A stretch of 64,000 nt of DNA from Catajapyx aquilonaris. Lineage: Eukaryota. The notes beneath the pieces were generated by a model. It was not told the DNA's origin. It made no database searches and saw only the letters and a list, made by a program, of their open reading frames with translations. Of the stretch, positions 1 to 13,300 are shown one piece after another. The stretch is from contig KZ538033.1 in NCBI GenBank assembly GCA_000934665.2, positions 1 through 64,000 on the forward strand, in the 5' to 3' direction. The first letter of the stretch is position 1. Each line of letters starts with the position of its first letter. Made by a program: the position numbers and the translations under genes.

Positions 1-195
1 TTTTCGGGCCGATATTTTGGCCTTAGGACGGCGTCGGAAAACAACTTGAAATTCCTTCCTTGCAAAATGAAACTGGTCCTTTTTCTCCCCCATTCATCAG
101 TTGCATTGCATGCTGCAAAACATTCGTTAGTGATGAAATGCATACGTCGGGAGTCATTAGACTATTATTCCTGATTATTATTATTATTATTATTA

Positions 196-241
<46 letters not shown>

Positions 242-856
242 TCGGGATCATGGAGTAGTTAAATCTGTAGATTGTATGTAATCAATATAATAACCAATTT
301 ATTTTATTCGGGATTATTATCGCTATTATTATTGTTATTGTTATTATGATTATTATTAATATTATTCGAGACCATGGAGTAGTCAAAGTCTTGAGAAAAG
401 GAAAAAATCTGGCAGGAACAGTCAAGTAATTTAACGATGAGGGCAGTTAGGCATCATTGTCTCATACGCTTGCTGCGTAATGTATTATTAATTTTCCTGT
501 TGACTATTCAGAATGTGAAAGTTGAGGTGAACTATCATACGGACATCAATCAACTTAACTAGCTTGTTTCGTTCGGGTAAATGAACTTCATTTAAGTAAA
601 GCATTCGTGTCAAAATTTATTTTGATGGATATTTTTGTGATGCAAGCAATGCGTATACACCTGCAATCACACACAGTCTATCTTAACCTACGGGCAGATT
701 ATGTCACTTTACTGCACAGATTAGATCCGAAATCCTTCGCTTCTTCAAGATCCAAGAGTAAGAACGGGGGAGAAAAAGGACCAGTTTCATTTTGCAAGGA
801 AGGAATTTGAAGTTGTTTTTCGACGCCGTCCTAAGGCCAAAATATCGGCCCGAAAA
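1..856. mobile_element. Long inverted repeat (1-95 pairs with 762-856); probable foldback/non-autonomous DNA element cut by the window start
   Basis: The reverse complement of 1-95 matches 762-856 with 3 mismatches; the spacer is AT-rich and includes (ATT)n. Confidence 0.7.
174..239. repeat. (ATT)n microsatellite, with degenerate continuation to about 365
   Basis: Visible run of ATT units. Confidence 0.95.
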
Positions 857-1501
857 TTCCGCGCTGAGTACGGTTGCAATGAGCGCACTACGGAGAGTTT
901 TTTCCGTAGTGGGACCTGTGAACGTCGGATGCACTGTTCGCCAGATAAAAAATCGAATGTGGGCTGATGCACCCGAATAACATGCATTTGCCTATGTCCC
1001 GGGTCGGTGAAGCCGACGGTCTACGTCACTCCCCCCCCCGTGGCTTTCTTGGAAGGGGTGGGCTCAGAGATTAGCCCTTTTGGGCGGGTGGAAAACAGGT
1101 CTCGTGGACCCTCCATATACTGTGCTTGGATGACTCAAGGCTCCGTGAAATTTTCCACCAACATGTTTCACTACATCATCACCAGTTACCCTTGACGTGG
1201 TGCTAATCACTTGTGAAGGAAAATTGTGTCAGCTCATCATAGCTTTTAGACACAACTGGACTTCATAAATCATATCTTAAAGTTCTCATGGATTTAAATA
1301 ATTTTACTGCCACAATTATGATGCAGGTAAAAATAGCGAAGCAAATCCTCATGACATCTAGTCTCCAACTTTGGAAGTAGGATGGAAATGAGGCTTGTCC
1401 CTATAGTGGCTCAGAAATCTCCCTGCCAATACTGTATTGTTTAAGCGCTTAGTTTAATTTGGGGGAAAAAGAAACTTTTGTAAAAATGAAAGCATACGCA
1501 C

Positions 1502-1658
1502 TTGTAATCTCCTGTTTCGAAAGTGTGCTGTGGGCAGGTGGCATAACACTTGCCCTCGAATAGCACCAGGTTGTGGTCACAGCTCGTACAATGGTCAGGC
1601 TCTCCCTCGCAACTGCCGCACAAGGATGCACAGGATATGCACTGCTTCTTCTCAGAAT
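1502..1658 (-). CDS. Fur2: Fur2 exon with a furin-like Cys-rich repeat ([27 protein letters not shown]...[11 protein letters not shown])
   Basis: Acceptor gtcacag|AT; donor AA|gtgcgt, with an alternative TGC|gtatgc that would end the exon at 1498. Confidence 0.9.
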
Positions 1659-4600
1659 CTGTGACATGGAAATTAAAATTATTAGTACAATGATTTGAAA
1701 AATTCTTCATTCTGAATGACATTTGTGTCCATTAGTAACCAAAGATCTGTGCTATCAAATATTTGCATATAAATTTTTTAACATCCAAACTGCACCAATT
1801 TTTGGTATGTGGTAATACACAGAGTAGATATCCACTTTTGTATGCAATAAACTGATTTCCTAAGTAGCGGAAATCAACTTGCGTTTGAATCTCAAGGCTT
1901 GTTGCTTCCCATTGACATGTTAACCCTTAACTACGTAGGTGGGTGAAACACCTTTAACTACGTAGGTGGAGCCTGAGAGGCTCCAACGGTATATTTAAAT
2001 TTATGCTAATCAACTAAATTGTTATATTGGACTTTTCACATACAGAAAGTGCAGTTCAGATCATTAGGCTTCCGATAACGTAAAAATCACACGCTGAGTC
2101 AGCATATTCCGACAGGAAAAAATTCTTAATTAAAAGGTTACATCATGCTTGAGACGCTCAGTCTTCACCTGCATAGGTAGAGCCAGTATAGAGTCCAGGA
2201 GGGACCTGTTCCTCGTTACGAATTTTTTTAAACCAAACAATAGGGACTAAAAAAAAATTTCTTTCCTTTTCATGCTTAGGAAGGTTTGTCTGACAAAGTC
2301 ACGGAAGGACAGGGGAAAATAAAATTCGATGAAAAAGTTACATGCGTTTAAATAGTGCTTGGAGCCTCTCAGGCTCCACCTACGTAGTTAAGGGTTAAGA
2401 GTGTCCTTCTGAGTTGAAGGATCATATTGTACCCAATCAGTCTTGCAAAAATAATATTACTACCTTGGAAATATCCCTGCGGACACTCTTGCATGCAGAT
2501 GGACATGTCTGTAACCATCAGGTATGACTCGATGCACTCCAGACAGTCAGCTATTCCAGGGCCAACACACATCTGGCAGGTCTCGTGGCAAGGAACGCAA
2601 GTCTTGTAGTGGTCGGTGAAGGTGCCCCGAGGACATTCCGACACACATGTGCTGAAATTAATTCAATGTAATCTCAAGCTGGCACTTTTTAAACAAGACT
2701 CAAGCCGATTTCAAGTGCTAATATTCTTCAAACTTGGTACAAGTCTAGTTACATGCAGTAGTCCAATCTCAATAGCATCAGAGAAACTATATTTTGTTAT
2801 AATATTATTATTAATTTAACTGCCGTAACAAATACTACCTGTGGCAGAGTTGCTCTATTATAAAAATAGGTCTGCACAAATAAAGTTATGCAATGAAATT
2901 ACAAAGAATGTGGTCACGTTCATGCTGGATTCAAGGACCATTATGGACAGGTTCAATGTGGGACTATTTATTTTGAAAAAATATTTTATATTTTCCTGAC
3001 TTCACTGCCAGATTATTATGACTAAAACTTTTAAATGTATCCTTCTAAGAGATTCATGGACAGAAGTCTATCATGCGCATCTGAAGTAAGACATTTTTGC
3101 CTCCTCAACATGGTCCAACTCAGCCAACGCACAACGTACCCGTTCATCTTGTAGTTCTTGCATCCCCGGCACAAGGAAGCACCGGTTCCATAGCAGCCTC
3201 GTTGGCACTCTTGGTGACAGCCCTCGTACAGCACCTCTTTCCCATAGTTGGGGTCCTCCTCTTCTTTGGGTGGTTGCCTTGTCACTGCATTTGGCGACAT
3301 AACACTCTCCTGCACTTGACTACCAGAAAACGTGAACAGATTTGAGAAGTCATGGAAGTTGCTGTTGGATCTGTAGCCAGGACTAGATGAAAGCAAGCCG
3401 CCCAATCCAGAGGCCTGTGTTGGGGGTGGTCTCGATGCCCCGAGAGACTTGGCAGCTAGTGGCGATGATGACGGGAACCCACCATTGCCATTGGTGCGAC
3501 TCCTGAGTCGCACAGGATTTGTGTCGCTGCCATATAATATCAACTGCCACTTCTTGAGAACTCCTGGCTGGTTAATCCGCCTGGATCCTGAGTTTATAAT
3601 CTCCAAGGTCCATCTACCCTCAGCCCGCTCCCCCCAGAAATGGACACTCAAAAATGGCCACTCATCAAAATTGGAACTAATGACATCCCTAGGTCGCTCA
3701 AACAGCAGAATGGACGTGGTGCCCATTGGGGAGGTGAGCAGAATCCGGAGATTGCCACGGGGGAAGAAACGAAGTGAAATCTTGCACTGGACATGCTCGA
3801 GGAAGCGAACCTCATTCATGGTTCCAGCACATCCATCCAGGTCCATGTATACCTTGAGTTTGTCGTTGTTCATGCCAGGTATCACTCTGTAAGACAAAAC
3901 AAACCACATGAAATATGCATAGACTTTCATCATCTAATAGCAACACAGCATCTCTTTGGGGGCATTAGGGGAGCCGCACAAATCTCTGGTTTGTTTTATA
4001 CTTCAATCATGAATTAACTGCTTCGGGCACTCAGATACTGACGTACGTCTCTTGGTTGATTAATTAAAATTATGTACGTAGGGTGTTTCGTGGGTGGAAC
4101 AACCCTTTGAATAATATGCCACACTTTATGCCCAGTGGGGATTGGTTGTGATTTTAATTTCTCAGATACCGTGATACCGGTACGACATAACTTGCCTCTC
4201 CTCAGTGATTTCCTGTGACTTGCAAATATGTTGCGGAGGGACAGTGATCCACTGCTCAGCCAGTGACACCATTCCTTCTGCATCCATCAGGCCATACCCA
4301 AACTTGTGACTCACTGAAACAACAGAAACACAACGTCAGTATTGCAACTGTCTTGCTCCACATTGCGGAGACCAACCTTTCCTGCTGACACCGTTCATAG
4401 TCCATCCTCCTTCTTTGTCCAGTGGGTCAGGCCGGGAACTCATGACCACCAGGTACTGCATGTCCCTCCAGGTCAGGTCTGGGTTGGCCTCCAGTGCCAA
4501 GGCGCAAATTCCGGCAGCTAGAGGAGCAGAAGCTGACGTCCCTGCAAATTGTACAATGCAATTAGTACTTTATGCTCATTGAAATGATCTCAACAAATAC

Positions 4601-7325
4601 AAATTTACGAACCAGGTTGGTCCACATTCGCAAACCAGAGTGTACAACTTATACAACACGAATGCGACCCAATATCATACATTATAATACTAATCATTAA
4701 TCACGTGACCACTAATTAGAGTAAATGAAATGGGCTAATGAACCGGGAGCGCGCGACCACTAATATTTTAACCGGCATGTTGTGAGCCCCTGACACAAAC
4801 GGTTATTGTTTGTGGCACATAAATATTAACAGGAATTGATGCCCTTTTTTCTCTCTGCCAGCCATCAACTTACAAGCAGCATTGCAGGATGACAAAAGCA
4901 CGTCAATTTCAACTGCAATTCGGTCATTAGCAGCTCGTCACATCAAATATAATTAAGCTTTATATTTTGATGCATATATTAACTAGTAAATAATACTTTT
5001 CAGATTATATGAACACAATGTTTCAGCAGGGTCTAGTTTTCTCCAGTTATACAGTGATCGGATTAACTTCAAAATTAGCGTATTTATTTTAATTAATCGA
5101 TCACACCTAATTAAATCCATTCCACTTTATACAATTAATTAAATTTATTTCCATCCCATTGACTTACCCACACTCGTTCAATATTCAGTGAAATAATTGA
5201 TTTCAATTCTTTTCACATTATTGTTGGGACTTATATCTTCCAGACTCACACAGAATTACAATGAACAAAATCTGATAAAAACGAGTACCATACTTCAGTA
5301 ATGACTCAGTAATTTTTAATGTCTTTCGATGAGCTGGTCTTGCCCTGCAAGGTCATTCGATTCTTCTCCATTCAACTATAATTCGCTTCAACTGGTCATT
5401 CGTGCCAATCAATTAATCATTCATTCGTCAATCACTTCCCATTATATCCATTCATTCGTATCCATTTTCCTTAATTTTTCAACGAACTGACATGCATTCC
5501 GTTCTACTCGTTTCGCCAATATGGCCAATTTCGCGAATTCTATTCTGGTGCTTGTCAATGGAGTGTCCAAAATATTTATAGGCCTGCTGTTTTGCTTCTA
5601 AAATGTTCATGCAGAATAAATTGAGGGCTTCAAACTCGTTAGTCCCCGTAAATTCCCACCCTCAGCAACACCTTCTGGACACGAAAATTGCATCGCGGCC
5701 ACACCTTATTCCCCCTGAGGTGGATGGCCACTTTAAACTTTTCGAGCTCTCGCAGGACACACGGACACACACAGGATGCACTTTGCGAATTAATCGCAAC
5801 ATCCTGCTCTCTACGTATAGGTACCTGTGTGCTCCACAGTGCAGATGTGATCCGGCCTCAATTTCCCGTCCATGTCAACCGTGGCCACACTTTTGTCGTG
5901 TCCGGGAGTACCGGAACTGTAAGTCGTGGCCAGTGTGGACGAGCATTCCTCCAAGTACCACGGCTTTTGTCTGAAAATAAATGAAACTGGTCATGCTCAC
6001 AATTCACTGATTCGCCCACAGGAAACAGCAAAAAGTTTCGTCCCGTTGTGTCACTCATGCGAGTTGTGCGGGTACCAGCCTACACTTAATTATGCACAGT
6101 GCAGAGTACATGTTAATGTAATTACTTAGAAACTAACGTTCACTTCACGCTCTGTTTTTCTATGTACCTATATATAATACCAGTGAGAATTAATTCCGCG
6201 CTTGTTTCTGGCATAACATGGCGAGAGAAAATGCTTACCCTCCTTGAGTAGCACTGGAAATTGACAAAGTGAAGATGGAGTTGGTGTAACCATCGCAGTT
6301 GCAGTTGTCCGTGTGTCGACCTCCATTTCCAGACGCCCACACAAAAATGGAGCCTTTGCCCTTCCGTCCCTGCAAAGAACAACAAGAAAATGGTCAGTTC
6401 CGAATCGGAGTGGTGGAATCCTTTAATACATTTGCACAATTGCAAGTCCCAGAGGGGTGGGTGTGGGGAGAAGAAGCCAAGTCAAGGTCTGAAAGGAATC
6501 CTTAAGACGCAATTTCCAAAGCCCCAAAGGTGCTGCCGACTCTTTTCTTCAAGCCAAGCTCTTACAGTCCACAACCTCAATCCTCTTGGGAGTTCAGCAC
6601 ACACGACGCATGCTCCCAAAAATAAAGGGTCGTCAGCCAGAAAAGAGAGACCATGAATTTTCGGCCATCCCCCCCACCCTTTATATATATAAAAAAAATA
6701 GTCCAGGATGAAGGCAGATCTTTCATCCTGAGGGAGTAAAAAAAGAGAGAGAACCGGCTCTCAGTTCTCCCAAAAAGTAGGCTGTCATCGAATGAGGCTT
6801 CTCTATTACGTCAGAGGGTGCAATTAGTAGAGGCTCGGAACATTCGCCCAACATTACTCGTCCGTGGTAGTCGAGTAAATCAAGTTGGAGGAATGGGTGC
6901 CAAGGCAGCAAACTTGCAAAGAAAATGGGAGAAGAGCTGGGAGGTGCCAGGGAAAGAACGGACCGGATTAAAACCTTTCAATTGCCGGGACTGCACATAC
7001 CCACAAATAAAACGCCAAAGAAAAGAAGGAACAGTTCCATAGACTTACAGCACCTCAATAATAAATAACCATCCTATTATTACTCCAGGAGATAAGACGT
7101 GCCTGCCTGCATTAGAGGGTCTCAGAAGGTTTTTCGCCATGTAAAAAAAAGGAACGTCTTCTCCGCAATGAATCTCCATCAATCCGGACCGTAACTAAAA
7201 GCCGAGCTGGATGGGAGATGCTATCTTAAATCGTAACAAATTCGAAGTGGTAAGGACATTCTTTGCATTTTTAACCCGCGCACTTTATTTATTCACAGGC
7301 GCGACTTCGATCGCTACAAGGAGCG

Positions 7326-7373
<48 letters not shown>

Positions 7374-10300
7374 AATTTTTTTGGAGGGGGAAAAAATGTG
7401 TTGAACAGACACTACTTAATGAGATATTTTATGCAGTACTTTACAGAGTGTACGACTGTAGCTATAGGAGTGTATATTAAAGCATAATTTGCACCAAAAG
7501 CTTATGGCTTTTCCCCAAGAAACGCAAGTCAGAATCAATCATTCGTGACATTTAATTCGGCTGTGCGACAGTTTCTAAAAGCGAAGACTACGCAGAGAAG
7601 ACTTGAGGGGTAGGGGAATTAATAGTCAAGCGCTTTCCCCTAAAATAAATCACTCTAAAAACACATCTCCCAGAATGAAAAGTTGGGTACGCCCCTGGAG
7701 CCATCCTCCGCATCAGGGCTAACTTTTTAAATTCGAGTGCAAGGATGATGGAAAGTTGCAAGTTTTTTTTTTTTGCTTTTTTTGCAGAGAAAGAGAGCGA
7801 AAAGGGAGGAGCTGTTGGGAGAAAGCAAAAGGTTGCAAGTTTGCTGGGAGGGTTCGTTTCCTTTTCCAACCCTAGAGGCCATGGGGATTGCATTCCCTTT
7901 GATTTCCTACCAAACACCGCAACACTTTCGTGCCAAATGCGGAACGTCCCACAGGGCAATAACTATACCACTATTTTTTTGAAAAAAAAAAAAAGAGGTT
8001 ACAACATCACCTGGTTTTGAAAACGCGCCAGATCGGAAAATTGCTCATCTGATGCTAATTGCAGAGCAAACAAGCTCCGACCCTGAGGCCTTACAGAACA
8101 TTCCCCTGTGGGCGACACATAGTATTATTTACAGTATCACTAATGCATGCTGATGTGTACAGAAACCTTACGCAATGCACATATCAATTTTTGATGGCCC
8201 CGAGTGCCCAAGAATGGATTCCATTTTCGAGCCAAATGGAAAAACCACGTGAAAGTGAGATCAACCTGCTTTCTTATCCGGTGAGAATGAGAGTCCATGT
8301 AATAACCTCCGGAAAAAAGATCGCATTGTGTGTAGGCGACAAAGGAAAAGTGACATTGTCGGACGCTTCTTCTCTTTTTTTTCAAAAAAAGGGGGTATCA
8401 CCACACGGTCGCCTTTGATTAGTTGGCAAAACAATCGTGACGCCAACCTAATTACTGGAGGCCGCTTTTGCAATTACTTCGGTCAGCCCTAATCCTGCCC
8501 GTTCACTGAGCTTACATTTGGTTCACCGGAGGGTTGTTACTCGTTAAACCCACAGTCGAGCACATTCTTCAACCTGAAGTTTACAGTGATGTACGATGCT
8601 CCCCGACAGCAAGTTTCCTGCAGGACACTTACTTGAGTATATCAGGAGATGCACCCAAAATCGGTTACAGTTCACAAAATAATTTGATCTCGAGTCCACT
8701 CAACATGGCATCGTCGCAAGATTACAGGTCCTGCACGTGTAATAATTGGCCCAAAAAAGCAACAGTCCGGACAAAACTCGTATAAAGCGGGGGTAAAAAA
8801 AATCCGAGTTCATACATATCTCAGAAGGTTTCCTAGTTCCAGTACGCGCAGATCAATACCCTAGGAGAGTCTACTTGCTGGCTATGAAACATCCCGCTGA
8901 TGCTGAGTCTGGGCCCTGGGTTTGTTGGGTTGGGTATAAATCTCATGACTCGTGTTCTTCAAGAGAGAAAAAAAAAGAGTCTGCTTACTCTCGCACAAAC
9001 TTCAGTGTCAATATCCTAGGAAGCTTCTCCTTAATGAAGTCGTAAAAAACCCAGTAAATTAACACCGAATATTGCGGGGCCCTCTTTTTCTCTCGAAAAA
9101 ATCTGCCAACCCTTGCACCCTGAAGTGTTTTATTGCATTGTAAACACTACCCGGGCCTGCACATGTAACGCATTCCTTCCATGTCCGTATATGCGATTCC
9201 ACACATTAGTACCCTAGAGAGGTGTTTTTTTTTCGCCAATTTTGTTTATATATGGAGAGTGATTTGGGAGCTGGGGACATCAGCGTGTTATGCTGCTACC
9301 AAGTGGAATGTCCGGCATAAATGGGTCCCGACTGCGTGTTAATACCGAGGCGCCACTTGCAAAAACACAATTGTGGCCTGGCTGCATGCACCCAACTCCC
9401 CTCCTGGTATCGTCACAGAGACGGACTGATGGAGCGCCACCAATTAGCGAAATTGACACCTATTACACTCTATTACGGGGGCAAGCCGGTAAATGCTGCT
9501 GGAGGGCGACGGGGCACACACACACACAAAAAAACAAAGTGCCACAAATTAACAGGTAATAGAAACAATAAAAGGTAAAATCGCCTTACCGCACCAGTTG
9601 GCTTATTTTGAGGAGAAACTGCTTGGATGCCAATCCTGGTTTAAATTGAGTCAAAACCGCCTTTAAAGATTCAATTTTAGTGGGATGAAACGTGCTGGAG
9701 TGACAAGAAGATATGAGCATAATGAAACATGTTTTTTTGTCGCCCCGAAAAAATGCTGACGAAGCCAAGTGTTGAGACAGAGCTCATTAATCCTATCAAA
9801 GAACTGAACGACCCGCCCTTCAATTTTTGCTGTGGTCCGCGTAAATCTCTTCATTGGCTTGCTATAACCCTTCCCCAGTAGCTGCAAAAACCTGCACCGT
9901 CATATGCTTAAATTCCCAAATCAAACCCAAAGCACATTTTTGGACAGAGCAGGCAAATTTTAGCTAATAACGAGATTAACTGTTAATGTTACAATATCAG
10001 CTTAACACAAGTCCGTTCTTACAGATTTTTAAAAATGAGAAAATGTCAACTCAATACTGAGTTCAAAAATCCAGAGGTCACGACCCAACATCGAGTTCTA
10101 CCCTATAAACAACTTGTAATCAGGCCAATTACCCATCTCTAATCTGCACCACCCAGTATAAAGCTCCCAGGATTAGAGTTCAAAATTGTCCCGAAACTCT
10201 TGCAATATTTTTTCTGACCTCTCCTGTAGAATCGGAATTTCAACACGCACTCAGGAAAGTGCAATATTATAGAGCTCTCACCATTTTCATCTTTTCTCCG

Positions 10301-13300
10301 GTACAGTTTCCGGGGTTTTCGAGACGTGGACGGCATCATCCGGATAAAGGTGCAGAAGGGGAAGGCTTGTTGCTCTCGGGGCTTTGAGTTAAATCACAGC
10401 GAGAGAACGGAAGCATTCAAATGGAGTTTGAATATCAAGCCGGTTTGTGCGGCTTAGTTTCCCCGGCTTACCTGTATTTTACTTATTTCTAGGAAACGTA
10501 GGGGGAGGGCTGGAGGGAAACACTATAGAGCCTTTCTGAGTAGGCCGACCCCGTACATGATATTCCTCTTAGCAGCCGAAAGGTGTCCCCGGATTGGTCT
10601 TGCAAAAGTGACGTCGTCGGCCCGGTCCTTTCGGATGCAAAATGGTGCTCTACCCAACTCCATTAGGCCGAGGCCACCAGCCGAAGCTTCTGATTCGAAT
10701 ATTAAAGAGGCTTCCCCACCCAAGCCCGCCATGGGTTTTTTTTTCTCCTTGAATAAAAAAAGCCAGGGTTGCCGGTGCGTGGTAAATAAGATTATAAATC
10801 ACTTAAGTATCACTCTGTCGGGGCGATACATGACTGCGATTGAGTCTTGGAGGAAGCACAAAAAAGGCGCAGGCGAAAGATGGTCCGGAATGGACCTTGC
10901 TGGAGTGCTGCTTGTTCCTCGAGGTGTGCTCCCCATAAAAAGGGCGTTAATGTAACGAGGCCCCTCTTTTGTCCCGGCATTACTCAAGTTGTAAAATGAT
11001 GGCTTCAGCCGGCGGAGCAGCCAAGGGAGAGATCCGGGAATTGGCGCCTTTATTGCTCCTGGTTTTCAATACCACTCGCACACTACGACCATCCCCTCTG
11101 CTTCCATCTAGAAATTAAACCTGGCCGGTCCCCTCCATTTGATTCATTCCCGAAAAAAAACGGGCAACAACTCACTCTGTCCGGAAAAAAATGTCACACC
11201 AGGCTGTTTACGCCATCAAATCCGGATAAAAACACAAATTAATTACAACAATTTTCATCCTGCCTGTGGATTCGTCCAGACTGCTGAAAGATCGCTTTTC
11301 TCCTGCAGGTCTATTGGACTGAGGCCTATATGGGAACAAAGAGGTAGAGCCCTTTTCCAGCTATAGCCTTTATACAGAGAGGTGCATACTGCTGTAACTG
11401 TCCGGGATGAATAATGGGGGTCATTAACGCCCCCAACCCTTCCGATTATTTAGTCGGTTCCTAATGTAAGAGCTAAAACTGAATGAGTCACACGGATATG
11501 GCCTACGTGAAGGGGGAGGGCTCCAGACCTCCAAATTAAAATGCACTATAGTAATTCACCCGATTTTTTTTGCGCAGTCAGTCTGCAAACGTTGCAAGTG
11601 CGCCATACACTCGCACATAGAACTAAAAAAAAAGAGAGTATGCTACAGTATAATACTTGGGAGACATCAGCTTAAGCCTCCAATTTATTCGCCAAATTTC
11701 AATCCTATTACATCAGATTTGCAGCCATAACGGCTTGGTAATATTCTAGGTTTAATCCGGATTCTCGAAGAGGGACAATAGGTTTTCTTCCTTCAATCTA
11801 CGTTGATTGTTCCGGTTGTACTCGGCATGCAAAAGGTGTGATTCAACTCTCCTCCTTGCTGCAAGAGGCAGCAAAGCTATCGGAAAAGGAAGCTCTTGGT
11901 GGGGGTGGTGGACGGCTTGATTTCCAATACTACCCGACGTCGACACAGACCTGAGGAGTCAATAGGAACCGGGGAGTAACCCCCTCCTTCCCTCCCTCAA
12001 GAAAAGGAAAAGAAGAAGAAGCGAACCTCACGATCGCTTCACAAACAAAAGGGGGAGATTGGAGGCACAGGCCAAGCCAGGGGCTGACCAAGGAGAAGAT
12101 ACAGAGTGGTACGGCCAGGCTGTTGTCATAGGAAGAAAAAAAAAAATAGAGAGAAAAAAAGGGACGAGCGATTCCATCGCCTGCCACACGTCCTACAACC
12201 ACTCAGACACATTACGGAGTGGAATGACCTCCCAGAGGCATAGGAATGCGGATCGGATTCAGATACAATGGCAAATCCTCGTCCCAATAACGGATTCTCG
12301 TGTGTGGATCTCCATGGGGGATCCCCGCTGCCTGATGTTGAGGGACGCAGAAAAGAAAATTGCATTTCTTTCGATTTGGTTCAATGACTCTCCATCCCTG
12401 CGAAGATATAGGAAGCCTTTTCCCCAAGATTTTGACTTGTGCGCTGCGGATGATGCAAGGATGTCATTTCAAGCATTGCCTCAAAGTTTGAATTGCGGCA
12501 AAAGCTTTGGTTTGTATTTAGGTGGCACTCCAATGGGGTACTTACTAATAAGCAGAAATGATGGGGGCAGAAAGTAACGATTTTCCAGTCTGAAGCACTT
12601 TAGATCCATTACTCAACTTTGCCAACTTCACATTGCGTGCTTTGCCGCACTTGAAGCGCCTGTTGGAGCTGTTACTTAATGCACGGTGGGAAGGAAATTC
12701 GCACACAATTATTGCGGTTCTTTTTGCGGTCTAGAGCCACAAAACCAGAAGAAGAAAACAAAAAACCCATCCCACACATTTCCACCACACCCTTTTGTCT
12801 TCGGCCTCGATATGTCCGCCAAACGGTTATAAATATGCGAGGAACGGAAAGAAAATTGCAACGTCAACCGGTTTTCCCAAACTAAATGGACTCTGCACTT
12901 TTTCTTGGCTGGTCGGGCCATAAAGCCTCGCAGTGTGAAAATGAGTAGGATTGTTCTCAAAACTATTGGATGACAGTTTGGTAACCCTGCAAGGCTTGTG
13001 TAGGGCCCAGAAAAACGGGGAGGTTTTCTCCCCAAAAAAGAGAAGAAAAGAAAGGGGGGGGGGGGGNGGGGGGTCTGCTGGCACATCCCCAAGAGCAGTT
13101 TCGCACATCAAGGCCTCGGACTCGGGGGTGGCAAAGGCGAAGCCCCATGTGAAACAGACTATCGCGGCTGTTTAGGGACATTAGGAAGCCTTGGCACCAA
13201 GCTGACGTTCCCTTTTATTGGAACGATGCATTTCCATTTGAGCTCAAGCCACGGCTGCTTCCGAATGATCCCATGGCGCTAGTATTTCTTCAGAGCCTGA

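Noticed and set aside
60..281. ORF with poly-Ile/poly-Tyr
   Set aside because: It is the translation of the (ATT)n microsatellite.
3097..4017. Plus-strand ORFs overlapping Fur2 exons (also 14906-15238, 18623-18841)
   Set aside because: Antisense shadows of real coding exons.
5370..5500. Cluster of CATTC/TCATT motifs
   Set aside because: Irregular low-complexity sequence with no definable unit or termini.
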